In this document: one piece after another, positions 23,660-38,075 of the stretch
Position numbering within the stretch: position 1 is the stretch's first letter
Layout: the number at the start of each line of letters is the position of its first letter
DNA from: Hypanus sabinus
Taxonomy: Eukaryota
Direction: 5' to 3'
Assembly (NCBI RefSeq): GCF_030144855.1
Contig: NC_082718.1
Location: 6,448,001 to 6,512,000, forward strand
DNA: 64,000 bases
The notes under the pieces: generated by a model
Databases searched by the model: none
What the model was told of the DNA's origin: nothing
Seen by the model: the letters and a program-made list of their open reading frames with translations, nothing else
Program-made: the position numbers and the translations under genes

Positions 23660-26600
23660 TGTCTGAGGGAATGAAGAACACGATAGTGCTGTTACTAAAC
23701 CTCTCCATCTATTTCTTCTTGGTAACTTATCATTAACTTAGTTTGTAACATGGATACTATTATCATTAACATAGTTTCCCTTTTATTACTCCCTTAAAGT
23801 GATACTACCACAAATAAGTTAACAAATAATAAGGTGCAAGTACAAGATGAAAAGTGAACAGCATTGCTCTACAGGTGCTTTATATACAATGAGACCTGGG
23901 TGGTGGCATGTTCAACAGCAGCGGCCTCTCCGGGGCTAACCAAAGGTGTTTTTAAAACAAGAGAAAATCTGCAGGTGCTGGAAATCCAGGCAACACACAC
24001 AAAATGCTGGAGGAACTCAGCAGGCCAGGCAGCTTCTACGGAAAAGAGTACAGTCAACGTTTTGGGCCGAGTTTCTTGACTTTTTAAAAAAATATATCTT
24101 TTTTACAATTGCAAGACACTGCTGGACATTAAGAACTCCTAGCACTGCAGGTGTACCCCATCAGCGAGCTAGCAGAGGAGATGGACTTGGTGCAAATGTG
24201 TCGCTACCTGCTACCGAAAGGTACTGGAATCAGTGCGCGAAGGGGGTGTGTAGTCGACAGCAAACAATTGTCTTGGATGTTCTTCTTGCGATTGCAAATA
24301 CCTGTTGGACAGTGAATGCTGCAGGTCTGGTTCACTGGTTTATTGGTGAGACCAACAGTCGGGAAGCTGTGTGACCTCGGCTGCAGCACGGTCTAGGCGT
24401 CATTCCGCCGTGTCGCCTATTGCAGCTGCTGGAGCAGAGAAGCTGGAACTGGTGTGATCTGGATTGGGGGCTCGTGCTGCCCTCCAGCTTTCGCTCAGTG
24501 GAAGACAAGCTGGATTGTGTGTGTGCATTTACAACTGCTGAGGGTTCATTCTTGCCAACAACATTCAGGCTCCATCACTTAGGGATTTGGCTATATATTT
24601 TTGTACGTTTACTGCTATCTTATATGTGCTGTGTATGACTGTTGGTACTGTGCTTTTGCACCTTGGCCCCGGAGGAAAGCTGTTTCATTTGGCTGCACTG
24701 ATAACTGTTCCTGTGTGGTTGTTGTGGTTTGGAGGCTTGCGTCCTTCAATGATCTGAAGAGCTATGTTGGCCGGAGTCAGGGCTTTAAGCTTTGGCTCTT
24801 GGTAGGGTCACCCATTACAAACAGGTCAAAGGGTAGAGACCAGACTAGAGTGGTCCACCAGTCCGCCAGGTTTAGGGGTTTAGCTCAGGGCTAACAACCC
24901 GACTGGCAAAACAAAACTGTTACGGAGACAGCAATGAAGAATCCTTCTACATCTGAGTGCAAAGGTATTCATGAGTCTCCATGCAGCACTTGCATGACTG
25001 ACTATAGTGAAAACTGAGAGGAAGCTACTGGCATTATGCAGAAAGCCCTGAACACTGCCTAGACCAATTGGCCAGATAATTGCTCTGGCCAAGGACAGAC
25101 AGAGATGGAGGGCCTTCATTGCTGCCCAAAATGCTAGCGGCATAACACGCAGTAAGTAAGCGCAAACGGTTGAATGATAAGTAAACTTGAACTTGAACTT
25201 TTTTAGGCTTCTTCAATTGTAGTGGAGTTTCCACTGGGTTTTCAACAGAGATTTCAAGACCAATATTACCTCAGATCATTCCTCTTGGCCAAACAAACAC
25301 AGTAAAACTCAGTGACAAGTGAAAGACCAATCATTACCATTTGGGCACACGTCCTTCACTCGACTGGGACTCACCCTGTAATTGAGGCAGACTGCAAATA
25401 AATGGGCAATATACTCCTTCACAGTGCCCACCAATACTCACTGCAATTTACTTATTGACACAGAGCTCACTCATCTCTTCCTAATGCTATTTAACAACAT
25501 GCTTATTTAAGACTATTTCCTACAAAACTGGAGCTCAAAGCTAAGCTTCTGGCCTGATAGCTTCTCCAGTAACTATTGACTGAATTTCCCTGCCAATCAC
25601 TGTTGCTGCCTGTCACCTGCTGATGAATTATTTATCAGTGCCTCTTTCACCTCCACATTCAACCATTCTAATGTTCTTCAAATCAATCTTATATCCTTCT
25701 TTACTTGCAGCTCAGATGAAACTCTGTGTCCTACTTCAAGTCAAAACCATTCACACCTCACTCCTATGCTTGGTGACCTTCCGAAGCCTCCATCCTACAA
25801 TCACATCAAATTTAAAATTCTTATCTTTGATTCAAGTCCTTCTATAGCCTGCTGCAGCTTTACAAAATCACTGTGCACTCCCCTACTCCCGGCCACCAAT
25901 TCTGCGCTCTTAGGCAGTCACCATTTTTAGTTTGGATCTAAGCTCTGCAATCTCTGTAATCAACCTCCTTCTCACCCAAATACTCCTTAAAATTTAGGAT
26001 CTTAGTCACTCGGACAAGCAGTAAGGCTGATCAACACCTCTACCCACTAACCTAATTGTGTTTTTTTTGTGCTGAATCAGATTTGGAGTAGCAATTATTT
26101 CACTGTCCTTTACACTTCGTGCTGGAAGTGACATGAATTTGACTTTTAGTCATTATCTTGTTATTCGTCTCCGTGTTAAATTTTGCTCGTCAACACTCTG
26201 GTGACACATCCTAAAAAAGCGTACAAATGCACTCTGTGATAAAATAGATGCATAAAAAGCCAATTAGCCAATGTTAGTAAGAGCTCCAGCTCCCGGCTCT
26301 GTGAGAAGTGGCTGCTCTAAGGAGACTACAAATTTAAGCTGTTCCATATGGGATTTTGTTGGCACTGATCTGGCCTAGCAAATGACCACCACCAAAAGCA
26401 GAAAACTCGTAAAACTTCATTCCCTAAATTTTGATGAGCTGAGCTGTGGAAGAAGCCGCTTTTCCCTGGCTCCGGATGAGTTAGAGTTCTTGGCTTGGTT
26501 TCAGGACTGGAGCATGCAATCGGTCCAGATCTGAAAACAATCCAGAAAAAAAAGTCTTGCCCTGCTGTTTCTCAGAGACAGGACTAATGAGTATGACATC

Positions 26601-28099
26601 AACGACTCTACAACAGAAGAGCAAATGGGAGTGACTCAGTGCTTCAGTTTAACCCTCTGTTTGCCAGGGTGGATTCATTGACACATAAGAACCTTGTACA
26701 TTTGTGGTTGATTATACAATCAACCCCATTCCCCGGCAAACCAATCGGTCCACAGGTTCATATAACAAAATCTAGTCACAGTTGTGCATGGACTGAGAAG
26801 TGTGTATAGCCAGGCAACAGTCATCTCCCACCAAACTGCCCACCCTTGATATTCAGCATTCACCAGCGCTAAGTCCTCCACTATCTATGCCCTGAGTTTA
26901 CTATTGACCATGATCTCAGCTAAACCAGCTACGTAAGTATTGTACCTACAAGAGCAGGTAAAAGGCCTGGGTATCCAGGAATGAGTGACTCACTGCCTGA
27001 CATGCCAAGCCTTTCCACCATCTCAGAAACATGCTAAGAGTATGAAGAAATACTCTGCTTGCCTGGATGAGTGCAGTTGGCCACTGTGGAGGACAAAGTA
27101 TCCTGTTTTACTGGCACGCAATCCACCACCCTCCTCATCTGTTTCCTCCACTGCCTGTGCATAACAGCTGCAATACCACTCAATCGTGACTGTGGTTACT
27201 CACACAAGCTTCCCTGAAAGCATCTCCTAAAGTGAGACCTTTCCTGACAAGAGAAATGAAAACCAATAACCGGGACTAGCATATTGTCAAGCTACACACC
27301 AGATCAGAATCTACAGTCCTTCACTAAAGCTGGGTCTACCCCCTGGAAATCTTTCCCAAGGGCACTCTGAAAAAAACCTTCTCCAGGACAGCTGCAATTC
27401 ACACGTTTGGTTAACCGTGAACTTCTTGAACATAGAATACAGGACAGGACAGCCACAAAGCCATCCATTTTTCTTCCATTCCACGTGCCTATTTAAGAGT
27501 TTCTTAAATGTCCCTGCTGTATCTGCTTCCAGCACCATCCCTGGTAGAGCACTTCCCCCACTGCAGCCCAGAAAAAAACGGCAATGGCTTGCCGCTGCTC
27601 CAGGCCTCTCGTCATCTTGTGCACCTCTATCACGTACTGAGGGCAACTACGAATGGACAAGAAACGCTGGCCTTCTCAGCCATGATCACCTTCCAAATAA
27701 GCAAAATCTAGCAGCAATGAAGGGGCCTTTTGGCCTAAATGGTCCACCTTAGTATTCATGTCCTAACAAGTCTTCTCCACCTTTACTCAATGCCTTCCAA
27801 CTCCTTCTTCCCCCAAAGCCACCTTCCTCAGTTCGTTTCCCCAGGAGACAAGTTGAGGGTGAATGGGACGAACAGCTCCAGCCCCAGGTGGTCATGTAAC
27901 TCCCCCACCCCACCCCCATCCTTGCAGATCGCCACAAAAGATCAGCCAACACCCCGCCAAAACTTCACTCACATCGCCCTCACCAGACAGACTCCTAAAA
28001 ACATACAAGAGCCCTGATGAAGGGTCTTGGTCCGAAGCGTTGACTCTTTATCCCTGCCCACAGAGTGCTTCCCGACCTGCTGAGTTCCCCCAGCATTTT

Positions 28100-28360
28100 C
28101 CGACCCCGAGCTTGTGCCTCTCGCTTCCTTTACCTGGAGCTTTCGGGCCGCTGAACGAATTCCGGCGACCGGAGCAAGCGGGAAGATCACGCCGATTGCG
28201 GCAGGATTGTTCGTGTCACTTCTCGTCTCTCTTGCCAAATACCCAGACGAGGGCGGATGCCGCGATGTTCAGCAAACTTGCTCTCTACATTTCCCCACAC
28301 AGAATCACTAAAATTACGATTGCAGGACGACCGCAAGAATTGAGTTAATTCAGCGCAAAA
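28100..28360. promoter_or_regulatory. Short CpG-rich island with GC box (GGGCGG 28251-28256) and a minus-strand donor CAG|gtaaag at 28134/28133; candidate promoter and non-coding first exon
   Basis: Dense CG dinucleotides in an otherwise CpG-depleted window, with no recognisable repeat hallmarks. Confidence 0.5.
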
Positions 28361-29479
28361 CTTCTTAAAAGCTGTAGCTCTGACCTGTGAAGCTTTTGAA
28401 CATTTGTTGTACAGCACGGAAATAAGGCCTTTCGGCTCAACTCTTCTATGTGAACTACCTCAGTCTTTTCCCCAGGCTCGGGGAATCAAGAACTAGAGGG
28501 CATAAGTTAAGGTGAGAAAAGAGAGATTTAACAGGAAATTGAGGGCAACCTTCTCACCCAGACAGTGGAATGAAATGAGCTGCCAGAGGAAGTGTTTGAG
28601 CCAAGTACGGTATAGTACTAGCAATTTAAAAAATACTTGGGACAGGAGCATGGATGGGAAAGGGTTAGAAGGATTTAGGCTAGTTGGGCAAGTAAAACAA
28701 GCTTGTATAGGAATCTTGGTTAGCAGGGATCAGATGGGCCAAATGGCTTGTTTCTGTGCTGTATGAGTTCATGACAGGATTAGTTTTACCACAAGGGCAT
28801 TCAATTATAAATTGAAGTATTACTTTAACTTTGAATTAGAAGTCTTATTGTAGTCATAAATCACGTGTGATGGCTTTAAAGTAAAAACGGATTCTTGCAA
28901 GATTAATATGTTTGGAAGACTTTAGTTTGACTGACTATCTTTCATCAATACAGATGTCTGGATTTTACTGTATGTGCCTTTTGTCGTTAGATGTTCTGAG
29001 CTGGCAATAGCCCTTCAAAAGTTTGTTACTCGAGGTTTATATGGGAACTTTCCTCAATACTAACAAATGCCACTGATATATCTCTCTCAAATATTATTTT
29101 TAGATCTACAACTGCTTTGATATTTCTTCAGATGATAAATATGCACCAACAAGTTAATATTTCATTCTAAGTCTGGCTCTGAATCAATATCCGCATTTCT
29201 ATAAACAGTTCCTTTCCCTGGTCATTTATGCCACTACATGTTTGCCCATTACTTGGTCTTTACAGCTCCAAACAAATTAGAAATTGGTGTGAACATTTTT
29301 CTTTAGATTTCAGAATTATCAAAATCAACAAGAATATTTAGAATCGATCTATCTTGGTTTATCTATCTGGCAACTTGGTTTTTGATTAATTAGACCACCT
29401 GGGATATACAGTAGTATAACAAAAAGAAAAGATTTAGTTCAGAAATAGACCATGAGGACATCTGCTCTTGTTCTTCTGG

Positions 29480-30480
29480 TAGTAGATGGTCATATTCTGG
29501 ATGGAGGTTGGTGATCAGTGGTGTGCTTCAGGGATTTGTTCTGGGACCCCTTCTCTTTGTGATTTTTATAAATGAGCTGGATGAGGAAACGGAGGGATGG
29601 GTTAGTAAATTTGCTGATGACAGGAAGGTTGTGGGTGTTGTGGATAGTGTGTAGAGCTGTCAGAGGTTACAGCGGGACATTGATAGGATGCAAAACTGGG
29701 CTGAGAAGTGGCAGATGGATTTCAACCCAGGTAAGTGTGAAGTACAGGTGTAATTCATTTTGGAAGGTCAAATATAATGGCAGAATATAGTATTAATGGT
29801 AAGACTTTTGGCAGTGTGGAGGATCAGAGAGATCTTGGGGTCCAAGTCCACAGGACACGCAAAGCAGCTGCGCAGGTTTACTCAGGGGTTAAGAAGGCGT
29901 ATGGTGTATTGGCCTTCATCAATAATGGGATTGAGTTTAAGAGCTGAGAGGTAATGTTGCAGCTTTATAGGACCCTGGTCAGACCCCACCTGGAGTACTG
30001 TGCTCAGTTCTGGTCGTCTCACTACAGGAAGGATGTACAAACTATAGAAAGGGTGCAGAGGAGATTTACAAGGATGTTGCCTGATTTGGGGAACATGCCT
30101 TATGAGAATAGGTTGAGTGAACTTGGTCTTTTCTCCTTGGAGCGACAGAGGATGAGAGGTGACCTGATAGAGATGTATAAGATAATGACAGGCCTTGATC
30201 ATGTGGATAGTCAGAGCCTTTTTTCCCAGGGCTGAAATGGCTAACACGAGAGAGCACAGTTTTAAGGTGCTTGGAAGTAGGTACAGAGGGGATGTCAGGG
30301 GTAAGTTTTTTTACCCAGAGAGTGGCCAGTGCATGGAATGGGCTGCCAATGATGGATAGGTACATGGAGCTTAGAAAGAGGGCTATGGGTAACCCTAGGA
30401 AATTTCTAAAGTATGTACATGTTTGGCACATCATTGTGGGCCGAAGGGCCTGCATTGTGCTATAGCTTTTCTATGTTTCT
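29480..30480 (+). mobile_element. CR1 LINE 3' portion
   Basis: [24 protein letters not shown] and MLQLYRTLVRPHLEYCAQFWS. Tail tttctatgtttct. Confidence 0.92.
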
Positions 30481-31889
30481 TCATTCCAACCTACTTTCCT
30501 TTTTCTTATCAACAATATATCCTTTTTAGGTGACCACCAGTAAGAGCTCAAACCAACATACCCGAGAGCTAATACAGTGAAATTTGCACGTAAATCCTTA
30601 TAGAATCCTTAATAATCTGAACCTGGGTAAAAAAACAGGAAATATTTATAATTTTATCCAAATATTTGAAAGGATTCCTTCATGAACAGGAAGATCACAA
30701 CAAACTATCTTCCACCTCTGCAGTGACGGAAACCTACAGCGATACGTACCTGTCATAAAGAGAAAGTGACAGGTCAGGAACACGAGAATCTGCAAATTCT
30801 GGAAATCCACAAACTTGTGGAGGAACTCAGTAAGTCAGATGGCATCTAGGGAGAGGAATGAACAGTGGGTATTTTGAGCTGGGACTCGTCATCAGGATAT
30901 CCTGATTTCTTTATGAATGTGGAACATTTGCCTTTCAGAAACTTGGACTGTTTATTCATTTCTATAGATTCTCCCTGACCTAGTGCGCTTCTCCTGCATT
31001 TTGTTTGTGTTGAAGGGTGAAGAAGATTTGTTAATTGTCATTTTCATTCGTTTCAATAGGTAGTCATGAAAATATTGAAGATCTAGTTGATAGTAGATGG
31101 CGCCTACATAAAACGCTCCTTTGGTTGACATCTTCTGGATAGATCATGAAACCATCTTTTACACGTCTTTTATGTCTTTTACGTCTTTTACGTTTGTCTC
31201 TTGAATGTGAACTGCCAAAGCCTGCGTTTCGCTGTTTGGGGTACGTTGGGTGCTTCAGCACTCTGCAGTCTCCAAGAGGGGGCAGAGGCATTGTACGCGA
31301 ACCTTGTAGCGGGCAGGCTGCAGGACAGGGTGTAAGGCATTGTTTGGCTCCAGCTTGCCAATTAAAACTCCCATTGTTCACCAATTATAGCGACAAGGGA
31401 GATTGAGTAATCGAAGGAAGTGCAGAGGGTGAGCACCAGCTGCTTGCCTTTTGATCAGTAGCTCTGTACCACAGAGGGGAGAGCCTACCACTGTGTCCAG
31501 CTTTTTGCTGCACTTTGTGTTTGGACTATAGAATCTTTTTTTCAGTCTGATAGCTTTTATATTCTGTGTCTTTTTGTGTGGGGAGAGGGATTTGGGGGTC
31601 AGTGTGCCTGATCTGTTTTGCTTGTTTTTTTGTGTGTGTGTGGTGGTGGGGGGGGGGGGGTCAATGTGCCTGATCCATTTTGTTTATTGTCTTTGTGAGG
31701 AGGAAGGATTTGGGGGTCGATGTGCCTGATCTGTTTTGTGAGGTTTTTTTTGTGGGGAGGGGAAATTTGGGGGTTGATAATCGTGCTGCCTTTCTTTCCT
31801 TGGTTTCATGGCTACTGGAGAATAGAAGAATTTCAGAGTTGTATACTTTGATAATAAATGAACCTTTTATCTTTTAATTCTCTGCAGAT

Positions 31890-32240
31890 AAACATAAGAA
31901 CATAAGAAATAGGAGCAGGAGTAGGCCATCTGACCCATCGAGCCTGCTCCTCCATTCAATAAGATCACGGCCAATCTGGCCATGGACTCATCTCCATCTA
32001 CCTGCCTTTTCCCCATAACCCTTAATTCCCCTACTATGCAAAAATCTATCCAACCAGGTCTTGAATATATTTACTGAGGTAGCCTCCACTGCTTCATTGG
32101 GCAGAGAGTTCCACAGATTCACCTCTCTTTAAGAAAACCGGTTCCTCCTCATCTCCATCCTAAATCTATTCCCCTGAATCTTGAGACTATGTCCCCTAGT
32201 TGTAGTCTCACCTACCAATGGAAACAACTTGCCTGCCTCT
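31890..32240 (-). mobile_element. CR1 LINE 3' end
   Basis: Begins with an (aacataag)2 tail and aggagcaggagtaggccat, the reverse complement of a CR1 3'UTR. Confidence 0.85.
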
Positions 32241-33961
32241 AAGCTATGGGAAATCTGTGGGATGCAAGAGTAACACACACACAATGCTGGAGGATCTCAG
32301 CAGTTCAGGCAATGCCTATGGAGAGGAATAAAGAGTCAACACCTCAGGTTGTGAACCATCAGGTTCTCAGCCCATTGACTCTTTATTCCTCCTCATAGAT
32401 GCTACCTGACCTGTCTTCTATGTTTAGTTTCTGTTCAGACCAGCATTAATTGTCCAGGTCAGAAAGTGGAAGTGAGCCACTTCTTGTTCTGCTGAAGGTG
32501 AAGGTGCTCTTCCATTGCTGTTGCATACTGAGTTCCAGAGTTTATAACTAGCAAAGATGAAGGTACAGCAATATATTTCCAAATAAGAGTGATCTGTGGC
32601 ATGCGATTAGTAGTGTTCCCATGCTCCTGCTGTTCTTGTCATGATACAGCCTGGAACAGGCCCTTTTGGCCCAACAAGATCACACCACCCAATTCAACAA
32701 TTCACCTACTAACTCCTACTTCCTTGGAATGTGAGAGGAAACTGGAGTACCCAGAGGAAACCATGCAGGCACGATAATAACACACAAACTCCTTATAGAC
32801 AGTGGTGGAATTGAACCCGGGTTATTATCACTGCAATGGGATTACTCTAAACTCTACCATACCTTGATGGTGTCCAGCTTCAGCATGTTACTGATAATAA
32901 GGCAAGTGGGCAGCTCAGTGGCTGCCTGTGCCTCACAATTCCAAAAACCTGAATTTAATTCTGTATTTTGGTGCTATCCATGTGGAGATTGCACATTGTC
33001 CTTGTGATTTCCCTAGGTGATCCGGTTTCCATCCACATTACAAAGAAGTGGTGGTTAATCTGCTACTGTTAAAAAAAAAACAAATCAAATCAAGTTTAAT
33101 TATCTTTCAAACCATACATGGATACAGTTAAATGAGACAGTATTCCTCTGGGGCCAAGGTGCATAACATACATTCAAAATAGTGAGAGAGAAAAAGCACA
33201 CATTGTTATGCAAGAAAACACATGTATAGTCCAAGGCCCTGAGCCACGTGCAAATTGATGGTACGTCTCCAGGTAATCCAGCTTGTCATTCCACCAGCTG
33301 AACATTGAAGGGCAGGTCTGAGAGGAGATGCCAGTCCCCAATCGAGAACAGACGCCATGCTACGCTGCCTCTGGCATCCCCTCTCCTGGACTGCAATGGC
33401 AGGCAAGCCCATTACTTGAGGCCTAGTACTCGCTACAACTGAGGCCACGCTGCTGCCTCATCGCCTGTCTCTCCACCAAACAAGGGAAATAGGCCTCTTA
33501 TCCCCCAGATGTACATAAATGGCAAAATGGATATGTGAAAGAGAATGAGACATGGGGTAATTAAGTGAAGGAATGGATCTGACAAGATGCCCTTCTGCAA
33601 GCCCATGTGGAGCTGATCAACTTTTCTTGCACTACATAGTGACAATAGCTTTCAACATTCATCAATTACAAAGAAAAGAGGTCGATACAAAGTAACAAGG
33701 TACATTCTGAGTGATGCCCTGTAGACAACGGAAAGGCAGTGTCAGTAGGTAAATCACTTGTTGCCAACTAACCAGTTTCTCACCTGCTATTGCAGCCAGG
33801 ATTTAGGTGGCTGGTCGATCTGAGATTCTGGTTAAGGAAGTTCACATGATGTTAATGGAGGGGTCCCAGCACTGGAATTGGTTAGGTGGTTAGATTGTTC
33901 TTGTTGAAGATGCACTTATCAGTCCATGCTTTAATGTTGTGAAATCCTGCTGCATGCAGGG

Positions 33962-34514
33962 ACACTCTGGCCATTTTATTAGCTGGCTACCTTCTGTGCC
34001 TAATAAACTGGCTACTGGGTGTATGTCCATGGTCTTCCGCTGCTGCAGTCCATCCACTTCAAGGCTCAATGTGTTGTGCATTTAGAGATGCTCTTCTACA
34101 CACCACTGTTGTAATGTGTGGTTATTTGAGTTACTGTCAGTTTGAATCAGTCAGGCCATTCTTTCTCTGAGCTCTCTCGATTTTTGCCCACAGAACTGCC
34201 ACTCACTGGGGTTTTTTTGCTCTTTGCACCATCCTCTGCAAACTCTAGAGACTGTTGTGTGTGAAAATCCCAGGAGATCAGCAGTTCCTGAGATACTCAA
34301 ACCACCCTGTCTGGCACCAACAATCATTCCACAGTCAAAGTTACTTAGATCACATTCCTTCTCACACTCTGATGTTTGGTCTGAACCACAACCGAGCCTC
34401 TTGACCATGTCTGCATGCTTTATTGCACTGAGTTGCTGCCACAAGATTGATTGATTTGATACTTGCATTAATGAGCAGGTGTGCAGGTGTCTCTAATAAA
34501 GTGGCCACTGACTG
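33962..34514 (-). mobile_element. Tc1/mariner deletion derivative with the transposase N-terminal HTH
   Basis: ORF 34151..34468 contains DLSNFDCGMIVGARQGGLSISGTADLLGFSHTTVSRV. TIR-like ends tggccattttattag and ctaataaagtggccactgactg|ta. Confidence 0.88.
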
Positions 34515-34544
34515 TATGGTTTGCTTCTTTTGCTTAGGAGTTCA

Positions 34545-35400
34545 ATATGATTAGCAAGTTTGCTGACAAAACTAAATTAGGGGGTTCTAGTGATAGTGAA
34601 ACTGGCTACAATGAATTAGAAAGAGATTCTGTGCATTTAGGGAAATGGGCTGAGATGTGTCAAATGGGTTTCAGCTTAGTAAGTGTAAGGTGATGCATTT
34701 TGGACATTCAGACCAATGTAGGGTGGCCTGCATTCTGAATGACCGGGAGTACTAGTGCACAGTTCACTGAAGGTGGCCACGCAAGTAGATAGGGAGATGA
34801 AGGAGGCATTGAGCATTCTGGTCTTCGTCAAGTCAAAGCTGTAAATTCAGCAGTAGGGACTTTATGCTGCAGTTAAACAAGTTGTTGGTGAAATCTCACT
34901 CAAGGTATTTGGTACACTTTGGCCATCCTGTTGTAGGAAAAGTATTGTCAAGCTGGAGGTGGTGCAGAGAAGACGTACAGACTAGAGGGCTTGGCCACAC
35001 TGTATGTCTATTGCTTGGAAAGTGGAAGAATGAGAGGCAACCTCACGTAAGTTTATATAATCATGATATGGATAAAGGTATCATGGTATGGATAAAGGTG
35101 CACAGTCAATCTTTTCCCTGTGTTGAAGAGTCCAAAACTCAAGGGTGTAGATACAAAATAGAGGGGAGGCTTTTTAAAAAGACCTCAGAGTTAACTTCTT
35201 TACATAGAGGGTAGTGAATGAGGTGATAGAGGGTGGATACAATTACAATACTTTAGAGGCACTTGGATAGGTACATGAAAGGGAAGGGCTCGGAGTGTTG
35301 TGAGCTGATGTGGCAAATGGTACTAGTAGGGTGGATACTGTAGTTGACATGGACCAGTTGGGTGATAGAGTCTGTTTCTATGCTGTGTGACTCTAGGACT
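34545..35400 (+). mobile_element. Old, decayed CR1 3' fragment
   Basis: SKFADKTKLGG and MLQLNKLLVKSH remnants plus a 3'UTR. Confidence 0.75.
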
Positions 35401-35574
35401 CTAGCACTCTAATATTGACCTAGTTGAATATTATGCAATCATTGGAATATTTGTCCTTATGACAGAAGGTCATTGGTGAAGTAGCAAAAGGTATTTGGGC
35501 CCACATCGCTCCCTCAGGAACTCGTTCAGTGCAGATCAGAAATAGCATCTCCACCTCGCTGATAACACTGGCAC

Positions 35575-36835
35575 ACCTCACTAACCTCACCAACCTATTG
35601 GAATTTTTTGAGGTAATCTCAAATAAGATTGACAAGGGAGAGGGTGTGGATGTTGTGTATTTGGATTTTCAAAAGGCCTTTGACAAGGTGCCGCATAAGA
35701 GGCTGCTTAATAAGATGAGGGCCCATGGAATTACAGGAAGGATATTGGAATAGGTGGAGCATTGGCAGAAAGCAAAGAGTGGGAATACAGGGATCCTATT
35801 CTGGTTGGTTGCCGGTTACTAGTGGTGTTCCGCAGGGGTCGGTGTCGGGGCTGCTTCTTTTTACACTGTATATCAATGATTTAGATTATGGATTAAATGG
35901 TTTTGTGGCTAAGTTTGCCAAGATAGGTGGAGGAGCAGGAAGTGTTGAAGAAATGGAAAGGTTGCAGAGAGACTTGGTCAGTTTAGGAGAGTGGGCAAAG
36001 AAATGGCAGATGAGATACAATGTTGAGAAATGTATGGTTGTACATTTTGGAAGAAGAAACAATCGAGCAGATTATTATTTAGATGGGGCAAAAATTAAAA
36101 AATCCAAAGTGCTAAGGGACTTGGGGGTTCTAGTGCAGGATACCCTAAAAGTTAACCACCAGGTTGGATCAGCAGTAAGGAAAGTGAATGCTATGTTGGC
36201 ATTCATCTCAAGAGGAATAGTGTATAAGAGTAAGGAGGTGTTGATGAGGCTCCATGGGGCACTGGTGAGACCCCATTTGGAATACTGTGTACAGTTTTTA
36301 GCCCCCTATCTTAGAAAGGATGTGCTGATGTTGGAGAGAGTTCAGAGAAGATTCACTAGAATGATTCCTGGAATGCAGAAACTAACGTATGAGGAACGTT
36401 TATCAGCTCTTGGATTGTATTCATTAGAGTATAGAAGAATGAGAGGGGATCTCATAGAAACATTTTGAATGTTGAAAGGGTTGGACGGAGTAGATGTGAA
36501 AAGGCTGTTTCCCTTGGTGGGTGAGTCCAGGACTAGAGGTCACACTCTTAGAATTAGAGTGTACCCATTTGAAACAGAGACGAGGAGAATTTTTTTTAGC
36601 CAGAGGGTCGTGGATTTATGGAATTCATTGCCACGTACAGCTGTGGAGGCCCAATCATTGAAGGTTTTTAAGGAGGAGATTGACAGGTATCTGATTAGTC
36701 AGGATATCAAGGGATATGGGAAAAAAGCCAGAAATTGGAACTAGATGGGAGAATAGTTTAGCTCATGATGGAGTGGCAGAGCAGACTTGATTGGCCAAAT
36801 TTCCTACTTCTGCTCCTTTGTCTTGTGATCTTGTG
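35575..36835 (+). mobile_element. CR1 LINE RT and 3' end (relatively young)
   Basis: LTNLLEFFE...VDVVYLDFQKAFDKVPHKRLL, SGVPQGSV.G.LLF and LVRPHLEYCVQF. Tail (tcttgtga)2. Confidence 0.95.
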
Positions 36836-37685
36836 AACTTAGGGATGTGTGCTTAGCCCATAGCTCTACTCTCTCTACACCCATGACTGTGTGGCTAGGC
36901 ATAGAAGTTTAATACCATCTATGAATTTGCTAATGATATTTACAGGAGTGAGGTAGATCAACAGGTTGAGTGGTGCTGCAACAACAAACTTGCACCCAAA
37001 GTTAGTAAGAACAAAGATTGTGATTGTGGACTTCAGAAGGGTAAGATGAGGGAACACATACCAGTCCTCAGAGGGATCAGAAGTGGAAAGGGTGAGCAAT
37101 CTGAAGTTCCTGGGTATCAACATCTCAGTGAATCTATCCTGGGCCCAATGTATCCAGTCCTAATGGTTTCCCTCCGCATTGCTACAGATATTCAGAGTCG
37201 GGCACCAGAGTTTAATTTAATACTATTCTTTATTTGTCCTTAACTGTAAGTGTGTGATTATGTTCTGTTGTTTCATGTCTGGGACCTAAATCGAGCAGCT
37301 GTGCTTGGGTTGGCTTTACGGTACCTTCCCCACCATACACGGTGGAATGTCCCATTCCTTTAGTAATGCTGATGTGTAAATGTGTAAATGTTGTTTGTGT
37401 ACTGTATATACGGTAGATACTTTTGTTAATCCTGTAATATAATTGTAAATACATTGTAAAGTGCATCATATTCTGATTCATATGTAGTTTTAAGTTAATT
37501 TGTTGGTATTTAAAGATGGTATGTCCTAGTACCTAAAAAAAGGAACTTATCGCCCTCAGTAGGAGAGAGAGATCAGAGCTGCCAAGAGTTTACACTGGAC
37601 AAGAATAAATACAAAGCTATTATTTTTAGATTTAAATTTACATCATTAAGAGGTACCACAAAATCAGGCAATTTTGCACTAATAC

Positions 37686-37803
37686 AGGGGTTCCCAAACA
37701 TTTTAAAGCCATGAACCATACCATTAACCGAACAGTCTGTGAACCCCAGGCTGGGGACCCTTTCATTAACTGAAGGGTCCATGGACCCCAGGATGGGGAC
37801 CCT
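37686..37803. mobile_element. Short hAT-like MITE remnant with a duplicated right half
   Basis: Starts caggggttcccaa. Two ends, ccccaggctggggaccct and ccccaggatggggaccct. Confidence 0.55.
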
Positions 37804-38075
37804 TCCATTTCCTCAAAAGGCATGCTGTCTAATCTAGGCAAGATCCTAGTAAATCTCCTCTCTTCCCTCTCTAAAGCTCGCACATCTCTCCTATAATGAG
37901 GCGACCAGCACTGGACATAATACTCCAATTGTGGTCTAGCCAGAGTTTTATGGAGTTGCAACATAGCCTTGTGGCTCTTGACTCAGTCCCGTGACTAATG
38001 AAGGCCAATACACCCTGCACCTTCTCAATCACCATATCAACTTGAAACAGCAACCTTGAGGGATCTAAGGACAAA
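37804..38075 (-). mobile_element. CR1 ORF2 fragment
   Basis: MLQLHKTLARPQLEYYVQCWSPHYRRDV (ORF 37638..37964). Confidence 0.85.

Noticed and set aside
23878-23886. TATATAAAG on the minus strand as the CPA TATA box
   Set aside because: It lies in sequence resembling a LINE 3'UTR (cccaggtctcat..., compare 13693), about 220 nt from an ATG that is preceded by a splice acceptor.
28900-30760. Scattered minus-strand splice-like signals suggesting lncRNA exons
   Set aside because: There is no coding signal and such motifs occur by chance. This cannot be supported without transcript data.
35725-36468. 247-aa ORF as a functional reverse transcriptase
   Set aside because: It is a 5'-truncated CR1 whose catalytic FADD segment is deleted (reads KFAKIGG), with a stop before the C-terminus.
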